In this document: piece after piece, positions 16,717 to 25,328 of the stretch
How the letters are laid out: each line of letters begins with the position of its first letter
Position numbering within the stretch: the first letter of the stretch is position 1
NCBI RefSeq assembly: GCF_000341895.1
Contig: NC_020409.1
Span: 3,302,411 to 3,334,410 of the forward strand
Direction: 5' to 3'
DNA: 32,000 bases
From: Pseudodesulfovibrio piezophilus C1TLV30
Lineage (GTDB): Bacteria; Desulfobacterota; Desulfovibrionia; Desulfovibrionales; Desulfovibrionaceae
Translations under genes and position numbers: made by a program
Notes under the pieces: model-generated
What the model was told of the DNA's origin: nothing
Database searches by the model: none
Seen by the model: the letters and a program-made list of their open reading frames with translations, nothing else

Positions 16717-16835
16717 TTCCCACCTCGCCAGTGCCCATTTCTCACTTAGGGAATGAGGTTCTGATTCGGTAGGCGCCTCAGCGTGGCTGGACTGATGAGG
16801 GATGGCCATGATACTTTGGTATCAAGGAAACTGAC

Positions 16836-17642
16836 ATGCACTCGTCCTTGATAGAATATCGTCATCCCCCCGGATTGACAGGGGTGGAGTTACTCTGCCT
16901 TTCTGACCCCCACTTCGAGTTTACATCGCATATTCATGATGCGTACGTCTTTTGGTTCAATGGAGAAGGGGGTGAGCGAGTCAGTCTTCGAGGTGCTTCA
17001 GACATCCTTCAACCGGACAGTTTCGGCATAGTCGCTCCGGGTGAAGTGCATGCCAATCATGCTATAACGCATTTTCGTACGCTGGAATCACTTTATGTTG
17101 ATCCGGAGACTCTTCAGACATTTGTTCAAGGGTGCGGCGGCCGTCTCACTGGTTTTCGAAGTCGTTTGCAAAAGGATCAACACTGTCGTCAGGCATTGGC
17201 TTTTCTTCATGGTGTCCTCATGAAGACAGATGATCCGTTTCTGGCTGGTGAAGTCTTCCATGAGATCTTTTACCTGCTGCTGAAACGTCATGGGGAAGCC
17301 GTGTTGCCGGAAGAGAAACTGCGAGCCCCGGCCAAGGTGCGACTGGCCCGAGAGTTCATGCATGAGCACTTTGCCGAGTCTTTCAGTCTCGAGATTCTGG
17401 CGGAGTACTGCCATTGTTCCCCATGTCATCTTATTCGGTTGTTTCGTCGCGAAATGGGGCTGCCCCCGCATGCGTATCTTATGGAATTACGGCTTGCTCG
17501 AGCCAGAACACTCTTGAATCACGGCGTCGGGATCGGGCAGGCGGCTCAGGAAGTCGGCCTGACCGATCAAAGTCATCTCACTCGTCGTTTTCGGACTCGG
17601 TTCGGCCTGACACCAGGGCAGTATCGCAAGCAGATATCATGA
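16836..17642 (+). CDS. AraC-family transcriptional regulator (cupin-like N-terminal domain + HTH_18)
   Basis: C-terminal region LAEYCHCSPCHLIRLFRREMGLPPHAYLMELRLARARTLL ... DQSHLTRRFRTRFGLTPGQYR. Confidence 0.85.
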   Translation: MHSSLIEYRHPPGLTGVELLCLSDPHFEFTSHIHDAYVFWFNGEGGERVSLRGASDILQPDSFGIVAPGEVHANHAITHFRTLESLYVDPETLQTFVQGCGGRLTGFRSRLQKDQHCRQALAFLHGVLMKTDDPFLAGEVFHEIFYLLLKRHGEAVLPEEKLRAPAKVRLAREFMHEHFAESFSLEILAEYCHCSPCHLIRLFRREMGLPPHAYLMELRLARARTLLNHGVGIGQAAQEVGLTDQSHLTRRFRTRFGLTPGQYRKQIS

Positions 17643-17722
17643 AAGAGATCAATTCCGTACAAGATCAGTCTCATGAGGTGTGTTAGCACTCAGGAGTTCA
17701 ATGCACACTGTTGGAGGAAAAG

Positions 17723-18058
17723 ATGGCAACTATTGAATGGAATGATTTTGAAAAAGTGGAATTGCGGGTGGGAACCATTGAAAAAGTGGAATCTTTTCCC
17801 GAGGCACGGAATCCCGCCTATATTCTTTGGGTCGATTTTGGCGAAGCAATCGGAATGCGTAAATCCAGCGCACAGATCACGGCCCTGTATTCCCCGGAGG
17901 AATTGCTCGGAAAGCAGGTTGTGGCGGTTGTGAACTTCCCGCCCAAACAGATAGGTCCCATCAAGTCTCACTGCCTGGTCACAGGCTTTTATCGTGAGGA
18001 CGGAGTAGTGCTTGCTGTGCCGGATAAGCCAGTTTCCAATGGACTCAAACTCGGGTGA
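17723..18058 (+). CDS. tRNA-binding domain protein (CsaA/YgjH family)
   Basis: [19 protein letters not shown]...[13 protein letters not shown]...[17 protein letters not shown] at 17723 follows GGAGGAAAAG. The track start at 17711 is TTG. Confidence 0.8.
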   Translation: MATIEWNDFEKVELRVGTIEKVESFPEARNPAYILWVDFGEAIGMRKSSAQITALYSPEELLGKQVVAVVNFPPKQIGPIKSHCLVTGFYREDGVVLAVPDKPVSNGLKLG

Positions 18059-18191
18059 TTCTACTCGATTGTTCGCTTGGACTAAGGGCCATTCTCGCCA
18101 CACTGAAAGTGTGGGGTGCGCTGGGGGGGCCGGTGATCGGGGGAATACTTTTCATCTGCAGTGAATCAAACTGCGATGTGTGAACAATCCG

Positions 18192-18220
18192 GGACCGTCA
18201 TTCATGGTGGATGACGGTCC
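18192..18220. terminator. 10-bp hairpin between the convergent genes csaA-like and 18231..18761
   Basis: GGACCGTCAT-tcatggtgg-ATGACGGTCC. No strong U-run. Confidence 0.45.
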
Positions 18221-18230
18221 TGTGATGGAT

Positions 18231-18761
18231 CTAAAGTGTTCCGAAGAATCGGTGGCGAATGCCTGCTAGCCCGAGAAGGCCCGAGCCAAGTAAGAAGAGA
18301 GCGCCTGGGAGTGGGGTGGCGCGGGTAAAGGTGCCGGAATAAAAGTGTGTTCCGATATCCCCCGAGCCATATTTATAGTGGATGCTTCCGGTCAGGAGAA
18401 AGCTGAGAGCATTGTCGAATGTCACGAGTCCACTGGTAAGCCAATCGGCCGTATCCTGCGCAAAGACAACAGAGTCGGCAAAACCTGTGTTGACCCCAAA
18501 GTAGCTGATCCAATCCGAGGAACTGGTCCACACCCCTCCCCATGATGCGGTGTCTGGAGCGACATAGACATATAAGTCGGTTCCAGAGAGAGAGTGATGC
18601 GAGATATCATCTCCTATCTCGATAGTCAGCTCCGTGGATGCGGCAGTCGAGAACAGGGTACCTGTATAGACCCCATACATCCCGGTGTTATCAACTGTGG
18701 CAAATGCCAGACTTGTGGAGAGCAGAATCGTAGAAAAACATACCAGCATTACTCTGAACAT
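18231..18761 (-). CDS. Secreted protein with a PEP-CTERM-like (VPLPA-type) C-terminal sorting signal
   Basis: ATG at 18761 preceded by AAAGGAGGTGAT. Signal peptide MFRVMLVCFSTILLSTSLAFA. The C-terminus TPLPGALFLLGSGLLGLAGIRHRF has a Pro motif, a Gly/Leu-rich helix and a basic patch. The track ORF extends upstream to 18938, but that stretch contains the promoter. Confidence 0.75.
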   Translation of the reverse strand: MFRVMLVCFSTILLSTSLAFATVDNTGMYGVYTGTLFSTAASTELTIEIGDDISHHSLSGTDLYVYVAPDTASWGGVWTSSSDWISYFGVNTGFADSVVFAQDTADWLTSGLVTFDNALSFLLTGSIHYKYGSGDIGTHFYSGTFTRATPLPGALFLLGSGLLGLAGIRHRFFGTL

Positions 18762-18791
18762 TGTAATCACCTCCTTTATTGTTTCACCTGA

Positions 18792-18807
18792 AGCAAAGCG
18801 CATACCA
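18792..18807 (-). promoter_or_regulatory. Sigma-54 (-24/-12) promoter of the 18231..18761 gene
   Basis: The minus strand reads TGGTATGCGCTTTGCT, with GG-N10-GC spacing and a -12 TTGCT. The 3' end of the element is 31 nt from the ATG. Confidence 0.65.
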
Positions 18808-19408
18808 TTCATTTTTCCTCTTATATAACAGATTCTTGAGGGTTCAGATCCATTGCTGGAAATTGTTTTCCGGTTTTCCTGGTCGAGCATTGAATTTTGG
18901 GTATCATCACTCACAAAAAGGGACAGTAATGAAAACACAGGCGGTTCTTATCACCTGGGATGGTCGGCGATGAATCATACGAGCCGTTTACACAGGTGGA
19001 TCTGACCTATGTGAGATCGCATACGAGCAGTCAAAAAGCGTTTGGAATGGTCGAGGGAGAGCCGAAGCCCTATGTCCGAAGCCTCTTCGCCATGTGTGGT
19101 GATGTGGTTCCGATAAATCCGGACATTTGGGATTGCTCTGATCGTGGTGGGCGAATTGTCCTGGTGTGAACGTCTGTCGATATTCATGGGAGGCTGGTTT
19201 CAAGAGTACCTCTTCTTGTAATCAATTGAGGGTAAGCGAAAATCTTGTCAAAATGTTTTGCAGTCTGGCCTTGCTCCTGCCACAAAGGTGGATGGTGTGT
19301 GGGGATAAAATTGACAAGTTGGAAATGCTCCGGCTAAGAGCGGGGCGCGGCTGGAGTATCAGCCCATCCATTACAATAGAAAGAATGAGCCTGTCGGCAT
19401 ACCCGAGA

Positions 19409-22054
19409 ATGAAGTATCCTGAAATTATGAAGACCCTGTGCTGCCTCATCCTGACCATGAGCATGGTCTGCTTTGCGTGTGTTGCGTCTGCGGCCACAGG
19501 ACGCAAGCAGGTACTGTATATCAATTCCTATCAAAACGGGTATGCTTGGTCGGACAACATCCTGGCAGGGATTCGTGAGAGGCTGAGGGAGAGTGACTAC
19601 ACCATTGACCTTCAGGTGGAGTACATGGATGCCAAGAAACATCCGGCACGGTCCAACCGAGCCTTGTTGAAACGGCTTTTTGCCAATAAGTTCGCCGAAT
19701 CCAGATTTGATGCAATCATCTGTTCGGACAACGATGCCTTTCAGTTCATGCTCTCCTATCATGATGTTCTGTTTCCTGGCGTGCCGGTGGTTTTTTGCGG
19801 GGTGAATGACTGGCAGCCGGAAGTGTTGGAACGGCAGCAGGGCGTGACCGGTATTGTTGAACGATTGGGTATTCGTGAAACTCTGGAAACAGCATTGCGT
19901 CTTAACCCGTTGAAGCGGAAAGTCATCGTTGTTGGCGATCCCTCGCTGACATCGCGGGCAATTGCAGCCCAGATAAAGGCTGTTGTGCCGGATTTTATCG
20001 ACCGGCTGGAGTTTTCTTTCTGGGAGAATATCCCTCTCAATGAACTGCTTTCGCGCAGCCGAAATCTTCCCGACGACACGCTTCTCTTTTTCATCCCTGT
20101 CTATGTGGAATCCGAGGGCAAGTACCTTTCGGCAGGAGAGGTTGTTGAAGCCCTGTATGAGAATGCCAATGTCCCTATCTATGGCGCATGGAAGTTCCTT
20201 CTGGGGCACGGCATCGTCGGTGGGCATCTGCTGGACGGTGTGGGGCATGGCAAGGCTGCTGCAAATATGGTTCTGAAAATTCTGGACGGTCTGTCTCCTG
20301 CGGATATTCCCACCGCTTACGGTGCACCATCGGGGTCAGTGTTTGATTGGAAGGTCCTGGAGAAATTCGGCATGGACATAGCGGTACTTCCATTTGATGC
20401 GCAGTTCATTAATCGGCCGGAATTGACGTACCAGCTTGAAAAAAGGGTTGTCTGGACTGTGGGGGTTGCTCTGTGTGTCTTGACACTGTTTACGCTTTTG
20501 TTGGGAGCGAGTCGTAATCGAGCGCTCCGGGCCGAACGTGAATTGGCTTTGTCCAGGGCAATGTTGCGCTCAATCATTGATACCATCCCGCAACTGCTCT
20601 ACTGGAAGGATTCCGATAATCGATTCAAGGGCGTCAATAGGCGTTTTGCGGATTTTTTTGGGCTTTCCCGGTTGGAGGAAGCTGAAGGAAAACGGAATAA
20701 CGATGTCATTCATGAAAAACAGTTTTCAAGAAAGAGTGATGATCTGGATCGAATTGTCATGGATCGGGGACTGCCTGTCCTGCGGGAGATTCTGGAATAT
20801 GATGCTCCCGATCGTCCCGGAATGGTCTTTGAAATGAGCAAGATTCCCTTGCATGATGACAAGGGAAATATTTCAGGTGTCTTATCCACTGCGGAGGACA
20901 TCACGGCTCGTGTGGTTCTGGAACAGCAGCTTATTCAGTCTCAAAAGATGGAGGCTGTCGGGACTTTTGTTGGAGGTATTGCACATGATTTTAATAATTT
21001 GCTGACAACAATTATCAATTCGACTGAACTTGCATTGATGGAAATAGAAGCTGTTGATGCGGCAGAGGATGTGCTGCGCGCCAAGTTGGCCGCACAGCAG
21101 GGGAGTCAGCTTGTGAGCCAGCTTCTGACATTCTCAAGGCCATCGAACAGGGATGCCATGCGTATGGATGCGGCGGAAACTGTCACGAAAGCACTGAATC
21201 TTGTCGCTCCATTGCTGCCGGACTCTATTGTTTTGAAAAGAGATATTCCTCCCGACATATTGGAAGGTGTTGCTGATCCTTCTCAATTGCAGCAGGTCGT
21301 GATGAACCTCTGCACCAATGCTATCCACGCGTTGAAGGAGTCCGGTGGAGTCCTGATTGTTTCTGTGTCAGTGGATGAGGGCCGTCAGCGAAACGCGCAA
21401 TCCGGACTTGCGGGCAGACGGCTCCTTCGGCTCAAGGTCCGGGACAATGGACCAGGTATTTCTCCTAATGTCCGGGACAGAATTTTCGATCCGTTTTTTA
21501 CTACCAAGAAAAAGCATGAGGGAACCGGTTTAGGATTGGCTATTGTTCAGGGGATTGTGCACGGACATGGTGGGCACATTCGGCTTGTCAGTCATCCAGG
21601 GCTGACGCTTTTTGATATTGCAATTCCTTTCGAGAAGGGGGAATCAGCTCCGGTTATTTCGAATACGACGAACTTTGGAGGCGAAGAGAGAATTCTCTTT
21701 GTGGAAGATGATCCGGAGCAATTGGTATTGATTCCGCGTGCCCTGTCACTCCTCGGGTATAAGGTGACAGCGGTCCAGGGCGGGCGTGCCGCATTGGATG
21801 TTCTCATGGGAGGGACCCGATTCGACATGATTGTCACGGATTTTGATATGCCGGGGTTCGACGGTGTGGAGTTGGCCAGAACCGTGCGGCAACTTTTTCC
21901 TGGTATTCCCGTGATTCTTGTTTCAGGCGGGCAGGATGCAGTGGCTGCGGCTGATGGAGATCCAGGGATCATCGATGTTTTGATGAAACCGTACACCGGA
22001 AGTGCTTTGGCAGAGCGCATGAGACGTCTCTTTGATGTCGACAGCAATGCTTGA
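19409..22054 (+). CDS. Hybrid sensor histidine kinase (periplasmic ABC-substrate-binding-like domain, TM, PAS, HisKA, HATPase_c, REC)
   Basis: Signal/[39 protein letters not shown] is a periplasmic-binding-like motif. [41 protein letters not shown]-box [11 protein letters not shown]. Also [16 protein letters not shown] and [22 protein letters not shown]...[11 protein letters not shown]...MKP. Start is 19409 or 19427; the track start at 19166 is GTG and probably read-through. Confidence 0.85.
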   Translation: MKYPEIMKTLCCLILTMSMVCFACVASAATGRKQVLYINSYQNGYAWSDNILAGIRERLRESDYTIDLQVEYMDAKKHPARSNRALLKRLFANKFAESRFDAIICSDNDAFQFMLSYHDVLFPGVPVVFCGVNDWQPEVLERQQGVTGIVERLGIRETLETALRLNPLKRKVIVVGDPSLTSRAIAAQIKAVVPDFIDRLEFSFWENIPLNELLSRSRNLPDDTLLFFIPVYVESEGKYLSAGEVVEALYENANVPIYGAWKFLLGHGIVGGHLLDGVGHGKAAANMVLKILDGLSPADIPTAYGAPSGSVFDWKVLEKFGMDIAVLPFDAQFINRPELTYQLEKRVVWTVGVALCVLTLFTLLLGASRNRALRAERELALSRAMLRSIIDTIPQLLYWKDSDNRFKGVNRRFADFFGLSRLEEAEGKRNNDVIHEKQFSRKSDDLDRIVMDRGLPVLREILEYDAPDRPGMVFEMSKIPLHDDKGNISGVLSTAEDITARVVLEQQLIQSQKMEAVGTFVGGIAHDFNNLLTTIINSTELALMEIEAVDAAEDVLRAKLAAQQGSQLVSQLLTFSRPSNRDAMRMDAAETVTKALNLVAPLLPDSIVLKRDIPPDILEGVADPSQLQQVVMNLCTNAIHALKESGGVLIVSVSVDEGRQRNAQSGLAGRRLLRLKVRDNGPGISPNVRDRIFDPFFTTKKKHEGTGLGLAIVQGIVHGHGGHIRLVSHPGLTLFDIAIPFEKGESAPVISNTTNFGGEERILFVEDDPEQLVLIPRALSLLGYKVTAVQGGRAALDVLMGGTRFDMIVTDFDMPGFDGVELARTVRQLFPGIPVILVSGGQDAVAAADGDPGIIDVLMKPYTGSALAERMRRLFDVDSNA

Positions 22055-22079
22055 GTTGATTGTGAAGGAACAGAGAGAC

Positions 22080-23492
22080 ATGGCAACAGTACTGATACTT
22101 GATGATGATCTGCGTTTGAACCAAACCATGGTCCGCATCATGGGCCGGATGGGACTTGAAGCCGATTCCGCTGCGACCATTGCGGAGGCTCGGGAGCTTA
22201 TGCAAGGCAGGGCGTATAAACTCGTCTTTTTGGATGTCCGGCTCCCTGATGGTAATGGGTTGGATATTTTACCGGAAATTCTGGACACGCCATCCCGGCC
22301 AGAGGTTGTCATTCTGACAGGAAAGGGAGACCCGGATGGTGCGGAACTGGCTATCCACGCCGGAGCCTGGGACTACCTTCTTAAACCGTCTTCCGTGAAG
22401 CAAACCATGCTTTGTGCCGAGAGGGCGCTCAAATATCACAAGCAGAAACTTGTTGTCGAACCTGCGTCCAAAATCGACCTTGGCAGCCTGGTGGGTGTCA
22501 GTCCCAAGATGGAAGCCTGCTATGAGCAGATAGCACTTGCTGCGCGGTCGGATTCCAATGTTTTGATTACTGGAGAAACCGGGACTGGCAAGGAACTCTT
22601 CGCACAAACGATTCACAAGAACTGTTCCCGAAGAGAATTCGAGTTTGTTCCGGTGGACTGTGCGTCTCTCAACAAAGAATTGATTGAGAGTGTGCTTTTC
22701 GGTCATAAGCGCGGCGCATTCACCGGAGCGGAGCGGGACCGAGTCGGACTGGTCAAGGTTGCCGATCGGGGCACCTTGTTTCTGGATGAAGTCGGGGACA
22801 TGAATCTTGATATTCAGAAGACCTTTCTCAGAGTCCTTCAGGAGCGAGCATTTCGCCCTGTCGGGGATACAAAGGAAGTTTCGAGTAATTTCCGCTTGAT
22901 GGCTGCCACAAATCGAGATCTTGATGCTGATATTGATCAGGAAATGTTTCGCCAGGATCTTCTGTACCGTCTCAAGACCATTCATATCAAGTTGCCTCCT
23001 TTGCGAGAGCGTGACGGAGATATCAAGTTGCTGGCCTTGTTTCGGGTCAACCAGCTTGCTCGGCAGTATGATCGGGAAATGACCCTGGCCCCGGAATCTT
23101 TCGATGTCCTGAGCGCCTATGCCTGGCCCGGCAATGTGCGTGAATTATTTGCAGTCATTGAAACCGCATTTCTTCATGCAGATGGTGCGGCGCAGATTAT
23201 TCCCCGCCATTTACCCTCTCAATTGCGTGTTGCCGCCATGAGGGCACAGGTTGCTCGTGTTGACGGCTCTTCTGTCGTTTCAGAACGAGAGAGCGGTCCG
23301 GATTCTCTTGGTATGGAAGCTGTCAAGCAGGGAGTCTCGTTGAAAGGGTTCAAGGGAGACATGGAAAAACATTATCTTGAAGAACTCAGGACTGTTACAG
23401 GAGGTGATATTAAGCGTATGATCGAAATCTCCGGATGTTCACAATCACATCTCTATTCCTTGCTGAAAAAAGCTGGCCTTTCTCTCAAATAA
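22080..23492 (+). CDS. Sigma-54-dependent response regulator (REC + AAA+ enhancer-binding domain + Fis-type HTH), NtrC family
   Basis: REC VLILDDD...FLDVRLPDGNG...LKP. Walker A GETGTGKE, GAFTGA loop and Walker B LFLDEVGDM. C-terminal HTH ISGCSQSHLYSLLKKAGL. ATG at 22080. Confidence 0.9.
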   Translation: MATVLILDDDLRLNQTMVRIMGRMGLEADSAATIAEARELMQGRAYKLVFLDVRLPDGNGLDILPEILDTPSRPEVVILTGKGDPDGAELAIHAGAWDYLLKPSSVKQTMLCAERALKYHKQKLVVEPASKIDLGSLVGVSPKMEACYEQIALAARSDSNVLITGETGTGKELFAQTIHKNCSRREFEFVPVDCASLNKELIESVLFGHKRGAFTGAERDRVGLVKVADRGTLFLDEVGDMNLDIQKTFLRVLQERAFRPVGDTKEVSSNFRLMAATNRDLDADIDQEMFRQDLLYRLKTIHIKLPPLRERDGDIKLLALFRVNQLARQYDREMTLAPESFDVLSAYAWPGNVRELFAVIETAFLHADGAAQIIPRHLPSQLRVAAMRAQVARVDGSSVVSERESGPDSLGMEAVKQGVSLKGFKGDMEKHYLEELRTVTGGDIKRMIEISGCSQSHLYSLLKKAGLSLK

Positions 23493-23743
23493 GTTTCTGA
23501 TTGGAATTTCTAAAAAAAAGAAAATTTTTTTATTTTGTTATTGCAGTGTGTTATAGTAGTTCTGTAAGGGCTTTTTTGAAAGACGGATACTAAATATAAC
23601 TATATTTGTGGACTTTATCGTTTATATTCAGTGGGATATCGTTGTGCTACGCTTGATTCTTTTTTTTAGGAAAAAAAAGGCAGGTCTGAAATAGCAGACG
23701 AATTGTTTAATTAATAAACCGCTGTAATAATAAAGAATAATCT

Positions 23744-23759
23744 TGGCACAACTCTTGTT
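23744..23759 (+). promoter_or_regulatory. Sigma-54-like promoter in front of a non-coding region
   Basis: TGGCACAACTCTTGTT has a perfect -24 TGGCAC and correct spacing, but the -12 is TTGT rather than TTGC. A sigma-70-like alternative, TTGTTT-N17-(TGt)AATAAT at 23703-23731, lies just upstream. Confidence 0.45.
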
Positions 23760-23769
23760 ATGATGAGGT

Positions 23770-23948
23770 TGACCTCAGTCACACCAGGGGTTGTGAAGTC
23801 CGCAAGCTTCATAACCGCAAGGTACCGGGTGGCGCTCTGCGCATCACCTCCTTGTCGTGGAGCGCCACCTTGCTTATGGCATAATAACGCCACAAAAAAA
23901 GACCTCAACTCCTGTATATGCAGGAGTTGAGGTCTTTTTTTGTGGCGT
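23770..23948 (+). ncRNA. Candidate ~175-nt small RNA with an anti-Shine-Dalgarno loop
   Basis: Bounded by the promoter motifs above and a perfect intrinsic terminator. A 10-bp stem, GGTGGCGCTC / GAGCGCCACC (23828-23837 / 23860-23869), has a 22-nt loop containing ATCACCTCCTT (23843-23853). There is no RBS-preceded ORF and no downstream + strand gene. The 5' end is not determined. Confidence 0.4.
23887..23948. terminator. Bidirectional intrinsic terminator (28-bp perfect palindrome with internal A7 and T7 runs)
   Basis: ACGCCACAAAAAAAGACCTCAACTCCTG-tatatg-CAGGAGTTGAGGTCTTTTTTTGTGGCGT. It serves the convergent 24009..24632 gene and the + strand candidate sRNA. Confidence 0.85.
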
Positions 23949-24008
23949 TTGGGCGCTCATTCTCAAGAGCGTTTCTTTACCATGACTCTCTCACATACCA
24001 TCTCTATC

Positions 24009-24632
24009 TCAGGATAAACGGCGTTTGATGCCGATTAGCCCAAGGAGTCCTGTGCCGAGGAGGAGAGCCGCACCCGGGATCGGAGTGGGCGAAACAGAAA
24101 CATTGCTGAAAATACTGGTGCTGATACCATCACCGCCAGCCGAGCTGACATGGTCATCATCATTGATGAAGACAAGGTAATCAAATGCATCGCCTATATT
24201 GAGAAAGTCCGTCAGGTTAATGGTATACGTCGTGAAACCGCTGCCTTCCGTATACAAGGTGGAATAGATGAATTCAGGCCAGTTATTGCCCTGTGTGCCG
24301 CCTATCTTGACAGCGTTTTTGGCATCGAGTGCATAATCGAATGACCTATCGGTATCAAAGCCAATGGCTGCTATTTCAGGGATGGAATCGCTTTTGTAGG
24401 TAAATGTCAGGACGCTGTCAGCTTTGACTGTATAAGTGGAATCAAAAGCATAGGCAGTCCAAATATTATTGGACAAGGTCAGTGTTGATCCACTGGCAGA
24501 TGCTGTGCCTGTGGTTGGTTGGCCGGAATATGACAGCGGATTGCTGAAGTCGATAAGGGCAGCGGTCGCAAAGCCGGGTGAGCCTAAGTGGCAGAGTACG
24601 GTACAGAAAAAAAGTATTAGAAAACGTTTCAT
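24009..24632 (-). CDS. Secreted protein with a PEP-CTERM-like (VPLPA-type) C-terminal sorting signal
   Basis: Signal peptide MKRFLILFFCTVLCHLGSPGFA. C-terminus TPIPGAALLLGTGLLGLIGIKRRLS. GGAG RBS. Apart from the two termini, there is no obvious similarity to the 18231..18761 protein. Confidence 0.8.
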   Translation of the reverse strand: MKRFLILFFCTVLCHLGSPGFATAALIDFSNPLSYSGQPTTGTASASGSTLTLSNNIWTAYAFDSTYTVKADSVLTFTYKSDSIPEIAAIGFDTDRSFDYALDAKNAVKIGGTQGNNWPEFIYSTLYTEGSGFTTYTINLTDFLNIGDAFDYLVFINDDDHVSSAGGDGISTSIFSNVSVSPTPIPGAALLLGTGLLGLIGIKRRLS

Positions 24633-24662
24633 GTGTGCTCCAGTGTGTTTTTTCTTCCTTTG

Positions 24663-24678
24663 AGCAAGACCTGGACCA
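24663..24678 (-). promoter_or_regulatory. Sigma-54 (-24/-12) promoter of the 24009..24632 gene
   Basis: The minus strand reads TGGTCCAGGTCTTGCT, with GG-N10-GC spacing and a -12 TTGCT. Its 3' end is 31 nt from the ATG, the same geometry as at 18792-18807. Confidence 0.6.
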
Positions 24679-25049
24679 TGTTGTTTATCTATCCGTTTTT
24701 AAATGGTAATTTGAGAAAAGAAGTATGCGATCAGCGCTTTTTATTCATCTTTCCGAAATAGTCGGACAGACCTTTTTTGTCAGATTAGTCGTTTCTTGCC
24801 GCAAGAGTGGGGTGAGCCTTTTCGATCTTTTGGGTGTTGTTCAAAGGAAAGAGACGATATTCCGAGGTTGAATATCTTTTTTCTGTGAAAAAAACAGGGT
24901 GGTTGGGCTGTTTGACTTTTTTCGAGTCTGTCCTGACTGAAGTTACATCCGGGAGAAGCAGACTTGTGAGGAAGGAAAAAACTTTTCCCACGAATGAAGC
25001 GAATGCCAATTTTGAGCGAAGCGTGAATCGAGGCAGTGTCTTTTTGCGT

Positions 25050-25083
25050 ATGTGCCCCTGGTCCGTGAGGACCAGGGGCACAT
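25050..25083. other. 15-bp perfect hairpin with a GTGA (GNRA-type) tetraloop in a non-coding region
   Basis: ATGTGCCCCTGGTCC-gtga-GGACCAGGGGCACAT. No flanking T-run, so it is not a classic terminator. Confidence 0.6.
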
Positions 25084-25212
25084 CTCCGGGGGGTCAGTAC
25101 CCTTTCGGGATACAGGAGTTTGAGGGGGGGTGAAACCCTCAAGGGACGTATCTGTTCTGGTCCGTAGCACGTCAGACCAAAACAAGAGTTGTTCAGTGAC
25201 GAATAGTCACAT

Positions 25213-25241
25213 GCACACCGGAAAATCCGGTGGCTTTTTTT
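25213..25241 (+). terminator. Rho-independent terminator oriented for the + strand
   Basis: CACCGG-aaaat-CCGGTG, then GC and seven T residues. The T-run is on the + strand side only. rnfB, on the minus strand, ends 88 nt to the right. Confidence 0.6.
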
Positions 25242-25328
25242 ATATCAGTTCAACGTGTCAACATGGCGAACATGTGTTTTCGAGTCGATGACAGAGCTTC
25301 GTCTAAAACCGGAACCGTTGTGTTGACA

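Noticed and set aside
19145-19160. TGGTGGGCGAATTGTC, considered as a sigma-54 promoter for the kinase gene
   Set aside because: The -24 is poor, the -12 lacks the GC dinucleotide, and the motif lies about 250 nt from the first plausible start with no supporting context.
19166-19408. 81-aa N-terminal extension of the kinase ORF, and other ORFs in the 18762-19408 divergent region (18779..18973, 18960..19169, 18975..19187, 18988..19203, 19222..19524)
   Set aside because: The extension starts at GTG with no RBS and precedes an obvious signal/TM sequence that begins at the Met at 19409/19427. The other ORFs are short, mutually overlapping and motif-free.
19334-22985. Antisense ORFs inside the kinase and EBP genes (19334..20248, 21592..22086, 21923..22312, 22269..22985)
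   Set aside because: They are shadows of genes with complete catalytic motifs.
23711-23930. Coding potential in the candidate sRNA region: a + strand ORF of about 55 codons starting at ATG 23760, and the minus-strand 65-aa ORF 23711..23908
   Set aside because: The + ATG has no RBS and lies within or upstream of the predicted transcription start. Both ORFs run straight through the hairpin and terminator palindromes, and their products are Cys/Arg-rich nonsense-like sequences.
24780-25185. Four overlapping ORFs (24780..25142 -, 24785..25081 -, 24834..25133 +, 24943..25185 -)
   Set aside because: They are mutually exclusive, lack RBSs, and some start at non-ATG codons. Their translations have no motifs, and the region is dominated by hairpins. 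It is treated as non-coding.
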